Shown in pieces: positions 20,968-30,943 of a DNA stretch of 64,000 nucleotides. Source of the stretch: Rikenellaceae bacterium UBA1749 (GTDB lineage: Bacteria; Bacteroidota; Bacteroidia; Bacteroidales; Rikenellaceae); contig DCHP01000069.1 in the NCBI GenBank assembly GCA_002315675.1, positions 921-64,920 on the forward strand. The letters are read 5' to 3'. Position 1 is the stretch's first letter. Each line of letters opens with the position of its first letter. Made by a program: the position numbers and the translations under genes. The notes beneath the pieces are model-generated. The model was not told the origin of the DNA. It did not search any database and was given only the letters and a program-made list of their open reading frames with translations.

Positions 20968-21825
20968 TTACTCTCCAAGGACCTTCAGCTTGATTTCGTA
21001 AGTAAGATGTCTATCAAGACTAAGCAGTATTGAACAGAGTGAAGTCTGAATCTGCTCATGTTTATACCATATTGCCCTTGCAAGCATGTAATTTCTGAGT
21101 TCCGAGAAAACCTCTTCATCAGTGATCTCCCTTCCATAATAGCATAGCTTGAATTCCTCCCAGAAATCAAGAGCCTGCTTCCAGCTTAAATGATAAAGGA
21201 AATCAAATGAGTGTTCGCATCCAAAATGAGTAGCAATGTAAAACGTTGCCAGATCAAGATTCGGATTCCCGTAGCATATATCACCAAGGTCTATGAAATA
21301 GTCATTCTTTCCATCTGTGATTATATTTCCAAAATGCATATCACCATGAAGCAGTGTCTTTCTGTCATCCGCCGATATTTCATTCAATGCATCCTGGATT
21401 GCATTCTTAGTCTTAGAGTCCAGGAGTGTATTAGTATTCAGAAGGCTCTGATATTTTTCAAACGCACTTTCAAAAGAATAGCCGCTTACTGATTTTGAAT
21501 GAAGATCCTTCACCATAGCAGCCATCCTATTTGCCAGATTTGATATCATTTCAGGTTTCTCACCAGCAAGCCTACAAAATGACTTCTTGTTTCTTATCCT
21601 TTGGGAAATAATAGCAGGATATCCATTGAATTCTGTTATTTCCAACTCCTTCGGGATACTGACTCCAAGACTTAGAAGATCCTGGGTTAGCCTGAATTCA
21701 TTTTCCAGGTATGACTTAGATGAAACCAGAGTGTAAACCTTCATAAAAAGGTCCGGATGAGATTCGCTGAAATAGCTCTCACCTTCCATTCCACCACCTG
21801 ACAAAATCCAATCTTTTACATCCAT
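20968..21825 (-). CDS. APH/choline-kinase-like phosphotransferase (resembles Fibrobacter TIGR02172-type paralogs)
   Basis: Gly-rich loop GGGMEGESY, MKVY Lys, LHGDMHFGN, FIDLG. Confidence 0.8.
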   Translation of the reverse strand: MDVKDWILSGGGMEGESYFSESHPDLFMKVYTLVSSKSYLENEFRLTQDLLSLGVSIPKELEITEFNGYPAIISQRIRNKKSFCRLAGEKPEMISNLANRMAAMVKDLHSKSVSGYSFESAFEKYQSLLNTNTLLDSKTKNAIQDALNEISADDRKTLLHGDMHFGNIITDGKNDYFIDLGDICYGNPNLDLATFYIATHFGCEHSFDFLYHLSWKQALDFWEEFKLCYYGREITDEEVFSELRNYMLARAIWYKHEQIQTSLCSILLSLDRHLTYEIKLKVLGE

Positions 21826-21847
21826 AATTCTTAAAATTTCTAAAAAT

Positions 21848-21944
21848 GAGTCTACTTGAAAAAGTATTTATTGTCATTTTACCACTATTACAGGTCTCTG
21901 AAATTGGGGCGTTTCTCAATTTTGGGACTTTTTCAAGTGTGTTC
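21848..21944 (-). mobile_element. MITE family 1 copy, TSD AAAAAT
   Basis: Reverse-complement copy; AAAAAT at 21842-21847 and 21945-21950. Confidence 0.9.
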
Positions 21945-22008
21945 AAAAATGTAATTAACTATTTGCAAATATAACAATAAAGCTCATGGCAGCAATCAGC
22001 TAATAAAC

Positions 22009-22109
22009 GTAACTTTAACGCCTTAGGTAAAAACAACCATCAATATATCAAGCAAACATCCCAGAAATAGGTCTATTTTTGATATTGGACATAAGTGCTG
22101 AATAGTTAC
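22009..22109 (+). mobile_element. MITE family 2, degenerate copy
   Basis: About 80-85% identical to 25087-25186; GTAACT.. start, CTGAATAGTTAC end. Confidence 0.75.
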
Positions 22110-22387
22110 AAACAAACTCCACAGGTCATTTTCAATCACTACGACTACACTATACCCCTATGCTTTATATATAGTGCTCACGGATGACAATACTTTATAT
22201 GTATAGTTTTAGAGGATTGCTGAATGATTACCTCCATAGACATACCATAAGCAGTATTGCATATAATCATCAAAGATACCAACAAGCACTATTGTAAAAC
22301 ATCCTTTAAATCACTCTATCAACTATTCTCGGAAAAGGAAATCGAGAAATGCGGGCTTATTTTTCTGCAAGCTTAGACTATCCTGGT

Positions 22388-25030
22388 CTATTTTTTTCCA
22401 GAGATTAGTCTTTTTATTTCATACAGTTTGTCAAGAGCCGCCCTTGGAGAAAGTCCATCAATATCAAGATTCTGTATTTCGTCACGTATATCCATAAGCA
22501 GCGGATCGTCCATCTGGAAGAAGCTGAGCTGGATCTGTTGAGGAATGACAAGAGATTCCTTATGCTCCAGAACCAAGTAACCATTCTGATCATCTGATGA
22601 AGTAGCTCGCTGAGCTTCAAGGGCCTGAAGAATCTGATTTGCCCTGTCAACAACGGAGCGCGGCATACCTGCCATCGATGCGACATGAATACCGAAAGAG
22701 TGTTCCGTACCACCGGGAACAAGTTTTCTCAGGAAAATAACCTTGTTGTCTATTTCCTTGACTGAAACATTATAGTTCTTTATTCTTGAGAACCTGCTTT
22801 CAAGTTCATTCAATTCATGATAATGGGTCGCAAACAGAGTCCTTGCACCTGGTTTCGAATGTAAGTATTCAACTATTGCCCAGGCAATTGATATACCATC
22901 ATAGGTACTTGTACCACGACCTATTTCGTCAAACAGGACAAGTGAATGACTGCTTATATTATTCAAGATGTTTGAAGCTTCGAGCATCTCGACCATAAAG
23001 GTGGATTCGCCCTGTGAAATATTATCGGATGCACCGACACGGGTAAAGATTCTGTCAACGATACCGATTCGGGCCTCAGTAGCCGGCACAAAACATCCCA
23101 TTTGAGCCATAAGAACAATCAGCGCCGTCTGTCTTAACAATGCTGATTTACCGGCCATATTTGGACCTGTAATGATTATTATCTGCTGGCTTTCACTGTC
23201 AAGGTATACATCATTTGGAATGTATCTTTCCCCAAGCTGAAGGCAACGTTCGATAACAGGATGACGTCCGTTTTTAATATCTATCACCTGGCTTTTGTCT
23301 ATTACTGGTCTTACATAATTGTTTGCAAGGCTTATCTCTGCAAAAGCAAGAAGGACATCAAGCTGCGCAGCGGCATGTGATGATGCAAGTATTATAGAAA
23401 CCCATTTCTGAAGTTCCTGAATCAGATTTGAGAAAATATCTGATTCTATTTCAAGAATACGGTCTTCCGCTCCAAGAATTTTCTGTTCATATTCTTTCAG
23501 TTCTGCAGTAATATACCTTTCAGCATTTACAAGTGTCTGTTTTCTTATCCATTCTGCCGGGACCTTATCCTTATGTATATTCCTAACCTCTATATAATAG
23601 CCAAATACATTGTTGTAACTAATCTTAAGACTTGATATACCTGTCTGCTGTGCTTCCCTGTCGGCAAGCTGGGTCAGGTAATCCTTTGAATTTCTGGAAA
23701 GATTTCTTAGATCATCCAGTTCAGAGTTCACTCCTTCCCTTACAACGGATCCTTTACCAATCTGCGATGCAGGTTCATCCATCAGGGTTGAATCAATCAT
23801 CTCTGATATTCCTTCGCAACTACTTATCTTTTCATTGATCCATGTAAATCTTTCATCATCTGCAATAAGTGCCTTGATTTTTCTGAAAGACTGCATGGCA
23901 AGTTGAAGGGAGCGTGTCTCGCGTGGAGTAATTCTGCCAGCAGCTGTCTTGGAGATAAGTCTTTCCGGGTCACCAAGATTTTTCATAACATCCTGCAGAC
24001 TGCTGCGAAGTGACATGTCCTTATAAATGAGATCGACAGCTTCCTGGCGGCGCAATATTTCATCATAATCCCTCAGTGGAAGGGCTATCCATCTTCTGAG
24101 CATTCTTCCACCAATAGGAGACAAAGTCCTGTCTATGATATCAGTAAGAGAAGATCCCCCTTTCTGAGATGCAGAGAAAAGTTCAAGATTATTGATGCTG
24201 TATTTGTCAAGCCAGACATACGAGTCCTTATCAAGCCTTAGAATGGACTGAATATGGCTTATGTCTGTATGGTGGGTGTAGTCAAGATAATGGAGCGCGG
24301 CACCTGCTGCAGTTATCGCAAGAGGCATCTGGTCGACTCCAAAACCTTTAAGGGAGTGGACCTTGAAATGACGCATCACCTTATCACGGTTGGAAGAAAA
24401 GTTCCACGCCCATTCCTCCAGCGAATTTGACAGATACTTCCTACCGAAAACTGAGAAAAAGAGATCCTTCTGGTCAGGATTATATACAAGTTCCCTTGGA
24501 GACATGGAACTTACGACTTTTTCTATATATTCATGATCTCCCTCACCTACATAGAATTCACCTGTTGAAATATCAAGTATGGCAATACCGGCCTTTCTGG
24601 AAGGTCCGTCAAAGCATATTGTTGCCATGAACGTATTTTCAGATGAAGTCAGTGCTGCATCATTGAAAGTAACACCTGGAGTTACGACTTCAATAACACC
24701 ACGCTTTACAAGTCCCTTTGCCTTCTTTGGATCTTCAAGCTGTTCACAGATTGCAACCCTTAGACCAGCCTGTACAAGCTTTGGCAGATAAGTATCAATT
24801 GCATGGTGAGGAAATCCTGCAAGTGGTATTGAGGCATTGCTTCCTGAAGGTCCACGGCGGGTAAGTGTAATGTTCAATACAGAAGAAGACTTGAGTGCAT
24901 CATCCCCGAACGTTTCATAGAAGTCGCCGGACCTGAAAAGTATCAGGGCATCCGGATACTGGGCCTTTATTGAATTATATTGACGCATAAGTGGAGTATC
25001 CACCTGCATAAATTGAGTTTCCTGTTCCAT
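22388..25030 (-). CDS. mutS: DNA mismatch repair protein MutS
   Basis: TPLMRQY, FRSGDFYE, TGPNMAGKS, STFMVEM, DEIGRGT; ATG at 25030 just downstream of TAAATTTG (25037-25044). Confidence 0.97.
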   Translation of the reverse strand: MEQETQFMQVDTPLMRQYNSIKAQYPDALILFRSGDFYETFGDDALKSSSVLNITLTRRGPSGSNASIPLAGFPHHAIDTYLPKLVQAGLRVAICEQLEDPKKAKGLVKRGVIEVVTPGVTFNDAALTSSENTFMATICFDGPSRKAGIAILDISTGEFYVGEGDHEYIEKVVSSMSPRELVYNPDQKDLFFSVFGRKYLSNSLEEWAWNFSSNRDKVMRHFKVHSLKGFGVDQMPLAITAAGAALHYLDYTHHTDISHIQSILRLDKDSYVWLDKYSINNLELFSASQKGGSSLTDIIDRTLSPIGGRMLRRWIALPLRDYDEILRRQEAVDLIYKDMSLRSSLQDVMKNLGDPERLISKTAAGRITPRETRSLQLAMQSFRKIKALIADDERFTWINEKISSCEGISEMIDSTLMDEPASQIGKGSVVREGVNSELDDLRNLSRNSKDYLTQLADREAQQTGISSLKISYNNVFGYYIEVRNIHKDKVPAEWIRKQTLVNAERYITAELKEYEQKILGAEDRILEIESDIFSNLIQELQKWVSIILASSHAAAQLDVLLAFAEISLANNYVRPVIDKSQVIDIKNGRHPVIERCLQLGERYIPNDVYLDSESQQIIIITGPNMAGKSALLRQTALIVLMAQMGCFVPATEARIGIVDRIFTRVGASDNISQGESTFMVEMLEASNILNNISSHSLVLFDEIGRGTSTYDGISIAWAIVEYLHSKPGARTLFATHYHELNELESRFSRIKNYNVSVKEIDNKVIFLRKLVPGGTEHSFGIHVASMAGMPRSVVDRANQILQALEAQRATSSDDQNGYLVLEHKESLVIPQQIQLSFFQMDDPLLMDIRDEIQNLDIDGLSPRAALDKLYEIKRLISGKK

Positions 25031-25086
25031 AACGAACAAATTTAGCAAAAAAATATTTCTGATTAACTCTTCGGACAGGTTGTTTT

Positions 25087-25186
25087 GCAACTATTCACCC
25101 TGGGTAATAACAACCATCAATGTATCAAGCAAACATTCCAGAAAGAGATTTATTGTTGATATTGGACATTGCGACTGAATAGTTAC
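25087..25186 (+). mobile_element. MITE family 2 copy, TSD TTGTTTT
   Basis: TIR GCAACTATTCA/TGAATAGTTAC; 7-bp direct repeat at 25080-25086 and 25187-25193. Confidence 0.8.
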
Positions 25187-25257
25187 TTGTTTTATTAATG
25201 TTGAAACTTGCTTTCTATATGTACAGAGTAAGTTGTACAGTTTCATAAAACAAAATT

Positions 25258-25355
25258 GAGTCCACTTTAAAAAGTCCAAAAATTGAGAAACGCCCCCATT
25301 CCAGAGGCCTGTAGCGGATATAAAAACCTTAAATGATACTTATTAAAGTGGACTC
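25258..25355 (+). mobile_element. MITE family 1, young subfamily, TSD AAAATT
   Basis: Perfect 13-bp TIR GAGTCCACTTTAA; 97/98 identical to 44146-44243. Confidence 0.93.
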
Positions 25356-25540
25356 AAAATTCAAAACATTGAAGTCCACAATGATCTATAATATGCACAT
25401 CAGACAAAAGCACAAACAAATTGCACAACCTACATATTAAGCAATGCTAAATACGTTATTGATAATGACAATTAAATATTCTGGAAACTGTATATACTGA
25501 CAGCAGGCTTGCAAGTGCCAATTTGACACAGAAAGAAAAA

Positions 25541-25555
25541 TGGCATGGATATTGA
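25541..25555 (+). promoter_or_regulatory. Sigma54-like promoter for htpG (TGGCATGGATATTGA)
   Basis: GG-N10-GA spacing (GC to GA variant); TGCCAATTTGACA just upstream. Confidence 0.45.
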
Positions 25556-25716
25556 GGTAAATACCGGTATGCATGACAATTGATACTATGCCGGAACATA
25601 ATCTTATAATGATGTATCATTATTCTCACGAATAATTAGAAGAAGATGATAATGGCATAGTAACATACATCCAGGTTTTATGGGAAAGTAACAATCAATA
25701 ATAATCATAAACAAAT

Positions 25717-27771
25717 ATGAAAAAGACTACTGGAAATATCGGAGTTACCACAGATAACATATTCCCGATAATCAAGAAATTCCTTTACTCAGACAACGAA
25801 ATTTTTCTTCGTGAGCTGGTATCAAACGCTATTGATGCTACAACTAAATTACAGGCACTAAGCCGTAAGGGAGAAGCTACCGGAGAACTTGGAGACCTGA
25901 CAGTCCATGTATCACTTGATGAGAAGAAAAAGACTATCACTATTTCTGACCGTGGTATTGGTATGACGGAAGAGGAAGTGAATAAATACATTAACCAGAT
26001 TGCCTTCTCGGGAGCAGAAGAATTCATGGAAAAATACAAAGACCAGAACATAATCGGTCACTTCGGTCTTGGATTCTATTCTGCATTTATGGTTTCAGAC
26101 AAGGTTGAAATTATCACAAAATCATATCAGGAAGGCAGCAAAGCCGTACACTGGACATGTAATGGCGATCCAAACTTCACAATTGAAGAAGCAAAAAAGG
26201 AAGACAGGGGTACAGACATAATTCTTCATATTTCAGATGACTGCAAGGAATATGCGTCAAAGGCCAAGATATCCGAACTTTTGAAGAAATATTGTTCTTT
26301 CCTTCCTACGGCAATTGCATTCGGCAAGAAAGAAGAATGGAAGGAGGGTAAACAGGTCGAGACTGAAGAAGACAATATCATAAATGACACTACTCCACTA
26401 TGGACTGTAAAACCATCTGAAATCAAACCTGAACAGTACGATGAATTCTATCATAAGCTATACCCAATGGCTTCTGATCCGCTATTCAACATTCATCTTA
26501 ATGTTGATTACCCGTTCAATCTGACAGGTATCCTCTATTTCCCTAAATTGAACACCCAGATGGATTTCCAGAAGAACAAGATTCAGTTATACTGCAACCA
26601 GGTATTCGTTACTGATTCAGTTGAGGGTATTGTTCCTGATTTTCTGACTCTACTTCATGGTGTAATAGATTCACCTGACATTCCACTTAATGTTTCAAGA
26701 AGTTACCTTCAGAGTGACACAAATGTCAAGAAGATTTCTTCACATATCACAAAGAAAGTTGCTGACAGATTGGCAGACATCTTCAAAAATTCACGCGAAG
26801 AATATGAAAAAAAATGGGATGACCTTAAAATATTCATTGAATATGGTGCTATTTCAGACGAAAAATTCCGCGAAAGAGTATCAGAGTTTGCACTATTCAA
26901 GAACACTGAAGGCAAGTACTTCACATTTGACGAATACACAGAACTGATAAAAGGCACTCAGACTGACAAGAACAACAAGATAGTTCATCTATATACCAAT
27001 GATCCAATCAAGCATTTCACACAGATTGAAAGCGCCAAAGCGAAGGGATATGATGTACTTGTTATGGATACAATCATAGAAGGCCATTACATTTCAATGC
27101 TCGAAGAAAAACATAGTGACTGGTCATTCGCAAGAATAGATGCAGATGTAATAGACAAGCTGATTGACAAGAACGAAAACCATACCATGGCATTAAGTTC
27201 TGACGATCAGGCTATTCTTTCACCTGCAATTGAGGCGGTTGCTCCTTCAGATGATAAAATGCATTTCAATGTTGAATATTCAGCCGGAGCAGAAACCGAC
27301 TACCCTATCATAGTTACCCGCAACGAATGGATGAGAAGAATGAAGGAAATGAGCCAGACTAATGGTGGTATGAGCTTCTATGGTTCAATGCCAGACAGTT
27401 TCGCACTGGCAGTCAACGCAAACCATCCTATAATTATATCTGCTTTGAAAGCCGTTAAGGATGCAGCAGGAGAAGATCTTGTCAAGGCTGATGAGAATAT
27501 TGCAAAAGCCAAGAGTGAAAAGAGCTCATTTGACACTCTTGTCAAGGATAAGAAGGAAGCAGACCTGTCTCAGGAAGAAAAAGACAAACGCAAGGAAGTA
27601 ATTGAAGCCGTCAGCAGTGCTGAAGCTGCACGCAAGGATATCCTAAGCAAAGTCGGTAAAGAGAATGCAACTATCAGCCAGCTGGTTGACCTTGCACTTC
27701 TTGAAAGCGGACTTCTACAGGGTGAAAAACTTGCTGAGTTTGTAAAGAGAAGTATCACTTTCATCAAATAA
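25717..27771 (+). CDS. htpG: Molecular chaperone HtpG (Hsp90)
   Basis: FLRELVSNAIDA, DRGIGMT, IGHFGLGFYSAF, PLNVSRSYLQ. Confidence 0.97.
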   Translation: MKKTTGNIGVTTDNIFPIIKKFLYSDNEIFLRELVSNAIDATTKLQALSRKGEATGELGDLTVHVSLDEKKKTITISDRGIGMTEEEVNKYINQIAFSGAEEFMEKYKDQNIIGHFGLGFYSAFMVSDKVEIITKSYQEGSKAVHWTCNGDPNFTIEEAKKEDRGTDIILHISDDCKEYASKAKISELLKKYCSFLPTAIAFGKKEEWKEGKQVETEEDNIINDTTPLWTVKPSEIKPEQYDEFYHKLYPMASDPLFNIHLNVDYPFNLTGILYFPKLNTQMDFQKNKIQLYCNQVFVTDSVEGIVPDFLTLLHGVIDSPDIPLNVSRSYLQSDTNVKKISSHITKKVADRLADIFKNSREEYEKKWDDLKIFIEYGAISDEKFRERVSEFALFKNTEGKYFTFDEYTELIKGTQTDKNNKIVHLYTNDPIKHFTQIESAKAKGYDVLVMDTIIEGHYISMLEEKHSDWSFARIDADVIDKLIDKNENHTMALSSDDQAILSPAIEAVAPSDDKMHFNVEYSAGAETDYPIIVTRNEWMRRMKEMSQTNGGMSFYGSMPDSFALAVNANHPIIISALKAVKDAAGEDLVKADENIAKAKSEKSSFDTLVKDKKEADLSQEEKDKRKEVIEAVSSAEAARKDILSKVGKENATISQLVDLALLESGLLQGEKLAEFVKRSITFIK

Positions 27772-27825
27772 CAATAAAAACAAAGGAAGTGTACATAAAG
27801 ATACAGCGTATTGTATCCTAAACAT

Positions 27826-27865
27826 AAGTCCCATCCACATTTCGTACCTGTGGGTGGGACTTTTT
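27826..27865 (+). terminator. Intrinsic terminator after htpG
   Basis: AAGTCCCATCCACA/TGTGGGTGGGACTT stem plus T-run. Confidence 0.75.
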
Positions 27866-27876
27866 CATCTATTCTT

Positions 27877-27974
27877 GAGCGCACTTGAAAAACTCCAAAT
27901 ATTGAGAAGCACTCCTATTGTAGAGGCCTATACTAATGGTAAAAAAGGTAAAATATCCTTTTTTAAGCAGACTC
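27877..27974 (+). mobile_element. MITE family 1, diverged copy
   Basis: GAGCGCACTTGAAAAA..TTTTTAAGCAGACTC; flanks ATTCTT/AATCTT (5/6). Confidence 0.85.
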
Positions 27975-28018
27975 AATCTTATTATTTGTGAAGGGTGGAC
28001 TATATCTTGTGCCGGATA

Positions 28019-28933
28019 TTACCTGTCAGGATGAAAGTCAATGTCAACATAATTATACAGACTCTGGCAGACATTCTTTGAAAAACCTGACGCGATGGAC
28101 AAGAGTTGTGGAACTTTTTCAGCTGACAGCCCGTACTTTATCATACCATACACAAATCCTGCATTGAAACTGTCACCTGCACCTATTGTCGAGACTGTTT
28201 CTATCTTTTCAGGGGAAAAATCATACTTCTGCTTTTCATCCATAAACATATGTGTTGACTCAGCCCCACGGGTACAGATAAACAACGGGCATAACCTGGA
28301 AAGATGACTGCCATATACTGCATCAGGATCTGATGTATCATATATATTGAAAATATCTTCGGAAGATGCCCTGACAACACTGGACAGAGAACAGTTTTCT
28401 TCTATCGCCGACAGCACTTCAGAGCGTTGCAACATATGGCTTTTTCTGAAATTCACGTCATAATATATAACAGCTCCGGCTTCCCTTGCGGATCTGAGAA
28501 GGCGTTGAGTTTCGCATCTTGTTTCTGCACTGACAGCAAAGAATGAACCGAAGATTACTATATCACCCTTCCGGAAAGATATATTGCCTGCTTTGAATTC
28601 TGGCATCCCGTTATCTCGGAAAAATTCATACTTAGCATCATTTCTTTCATCAAGAAGTGCCAGTGATATGGTACTTTGCCTTGACTGCACAAATCTTAAA
28701 TATTCAGAGCGGACATTGTTACCCGCCATGAAATTCCTGACTATATCTGCGACCTTATCATCGCCTATCTGGGATATCATATATATTTCATAGTCTTTAA
28801 GGGTCCTTCCAAGGGAAACCATTGCATTGAATGTAGATCCCCCGGGAACTGCAGCAAGAGGTTTCCCGTCACGCATTACAATATCAAGGACAATCTCCCC
28901 GATTCCAAAAATTCTTGGTTTTCTGCTTTCCAT
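28019..28933 (-). CDS. PfkB-family carbohydrate kinase (fructokinase-like)
   Basis: PGGSTFN, YDVNFR, STIGAGDSFNAG. Confidence 0.9.
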   Translation of the reverse strand: MESRKPRIFGIGEIVLDIVMRDGKPLAAVPGGSTFNAMVSLGRTLKDYEIYMISQIGDDKVADIVRNFMAGNNVRSEYLRFVQSRQSTISLALLDERNDAKYEFFRDNGMPEFKAGNISFRKGDIVIFGSFFAVSAETRCETQRLLRSAREAGAVIYYDVNFRKSHMLQRSEVLSAIEENCSLSSVVRASSEDIFNIYDTSDPDAVYGSHLSRLCPLFICTRGAESTHMFMDEKQKYDFSPEKIETVSTIGAGDSFNAGFVYGMIKYGLSAEKVPQLLSIASGFSKNVCQSLYNYVDIDFHPDR

Positions 28934-28993
28934 TGATCAATAAGCTTTAGAAAAAAAATCTTCAACTGGAAGTATGTTAACAGACATATGCAT

Positions 28994-29656
28994 CTACCAT
29001 ACAATAGGAGTTATTCCATGCTGTTCAAGATAACTGTTTGTTCTTGAGAAATGGTGGTTCCCGAAAAATCCCCTGTGGGCTGAAAGAGGTGACGGATGAA
29101 CAGACTGAAGAACAAGATGTCTATCTGAATCTATGAATTCACACTTCTTCTGGGCATAGGAGCCCCATAAAATAAATACTATATTATCCTTCTTCTCTGC
29201 AAGAAGCCTGACCACTGATGAGGTAAATTCCTCCCATCCTTTCCCTTGATGGGAGCCTGCTGCATGCGCTTTGACTGTCAAAGTAGCATTCAGAAGAAGT
29301 ACCCCCTGCTCTGCCCACGGAGAAAGATCCCCATTTGAGTATTTACAGTATCCGATATCATTTGTAATTTCCTTATAGATATTTCTAAGGGATGGAGGAA
29401 ATGCCACGCCATCTGGAACAGAGAAACAAAGACCATTGGCCTGACCTGGTTCATGGTAGGGATCCTGACCAAGAATTACAACTTTCGTCCTGTCAAAGGA
29501 AGAGAGATCAAAAGCTCTGAAAATATTTGCAGCTTTAGGATATACTACTCCAGAACGATACTCATTTCTTACAAAGTCAGTAAGTGATTTGAAATAATCC
29601 TTAGAAAATTCACCACTTAACTGTTGTTTCCAGCCTTCCTCGATTCTTACATCCAT
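28994..29656 (-). CDS. ung: Uracil-DNA glycosylase
   Basis: GQDPYH, GVLLLN, HPSPLS. Confidence 0.97.
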   Translation of the reverse strand: MDVRIEEGWKQQLSGEFSKDYFKSLTDFVRNEYRSGVVYPKAANIFRAFDLSSFDRTKVVILGQDPYHEPGQANGLCFSVPDGVAFPPSLRNIYKEITNDIGYCKYSNGDLSPWAEQGVLLLNATLTVKAHAAGSHQGKGWEEFTSSVVRLLAEKKDNIVFILWGSYAQKKCEFIDSDRHLVLQSVHPSPLSAHRGFFGNHHFSRTNSYLEQHGITPIVW

Positions 29657-29679
29657 AGTGGTTATCGGTTTTTATTGTT

Positions 29680-29776
29680 GAGCCTACTTGAAAAGATAAA
29701 TTTTGTCGTTTTCACCACTAACACAGGCCTCAATAATAGGGCGTTTCTCAATATATAGTCTATTTCAAGTAGACTT
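29680..29776 (-). mobile_element. MITE family 1, diverged copy
   Basis: GAGCCTACTTGAAAA..GGGCGTTTCTCAAT..TTTCAAGTAGACT. Confidence 0.85.
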
Positions 29777-29794
29777 GTTTATTAATTATTTAAA

Positions 29795-30943
29795 CTATAG
29801 AAAAGCACGGCGACGTGCGTTTCTTATAGAATAGAACGCGGTAACGGAGAATACTGCAGTCAATAGCCACAGCATCAGGTAATAGCGTGAAATATCAGCC
29901 AGACTTGACCCACAAGTCCTGAGGGCAACAATCCCCTTTATTCCCGATGTCGATGGGAGAACTGTACCTATTGAGTAAAACCAAGTAGGCATACTCTCTT
30001 GAGGCCATGAAACCCCACTCCAAAGCAAGAAGCATACAGAAAGAGGTGCCAGATATAACATCGAAGCCTCCCTTCTATGAAATATTCCACCAAGTGAAAT
30101 TCCAAGGAATATTACAGACAACAGATAAGGTACAAAGAATAATATCAGATCCAGCGTATTTTCACGGATTGGATAATCGAATAGTTTATAGACTATCGCA
30201 AACATGTAAATTACCTGTGGAAGTGTTACAACAAAATAAGCCAGGACTTTTGCGAAAAGAATCGTACTTGTAGAATAGTCATTGAGTCTTTTCCATAGTT
30301 TGAATTCAGTCTGGGTTGCAATAATCATCCCGATAATTATGAGAAGTGACTGCTGGATAATAATCATCATTACAGCTGGCATCAGTGCAGTTGCATATCC
30401 AGAAGATGGATTATACAATGTTTCAACAGTATAATCAACCGGTTTTGATATAACTTCCGCCCTCTGATACGGGATACCTTTGGCGACAAGAATATTCTTC
30501 TGGACTCTACGTCCAAATTCCATAGATATAGCTGAAGATGACTTTACCAGCGCTGAATAATGGAGAAAATAACTGCCATCAGCATATATACTAAGATGAG
30601 ACTGGACTCCTGAAAGAGCATTAGCCTCAAAACCATCAGGAATTGTGACAATACCTGAGATTTCCCTCCGAAGCAACATATTCTGCGCCTCAAGCATATC
30701 AGATGGCTGACAGACAACCGCAACTGCTTCAGATGCATCATATGCCCTTATCAATTCCCTTGACAGTGATGTCTTGTCGTTATCCACTACACCAATAGGC
30801 ATATTCTTAACCACCTCCGGACCATATAGATAACCATATAGGAAAGAATACAATAGTGCAGCACCGAACAATAGCAGTAGCGTTGCAGGATCCTTGAATA
30901 CGGCGAGAAACTCCCATTTGAATATCTCAAAAAATTTTTTCAT
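29795..30943 (-). CDS. ABC-2 type permease (YbhR/YhhJ-like)
   Basis: N-terminal TM, IGVVDND..SRELI periplasmic domain, LYNP..GY, SGVSWP. Confidence 0.88.
   Translation of the reverse strand: MKKFFEIFKWEFLAVFKDPATLLLLFGAALLYSFLYGYLYGPEVVKNMPIGVVDNDKTSLSRELIRAYDASEAVAVVCQPSDMLEAQNMLLRREISGIVTIPDGFEANALSGVQSHLSIYADGSYFLHYSALVKSSSAISMEFGRRVQKNILVAKGIPYQRAEVISKPVDYTVETLYNPSSGYATALMPAVMMIIIQQSLLIIIGMIIATQTEFKLWKRLNDYSTSTILFAKVLAYFVVTLPQVIYMFAIVYKLFDYPIRENTLDLILFFVPYLLSVIFLGISLGGIFHRREASMLYLAPLSVCFLLWSGVSWPQESMPTWFYSIGTVLPSTSGIKGIVALRTCGSSLADISRYYLMLWLLTAVFSVTAFYSIRNARRRAFL

Noticed and set aside
20968..21825. Aminoglycoside resistance gene
   Set aside because: Only the general APH/kinase fold motifs are visible; nothing supports a specific resistance enzyme
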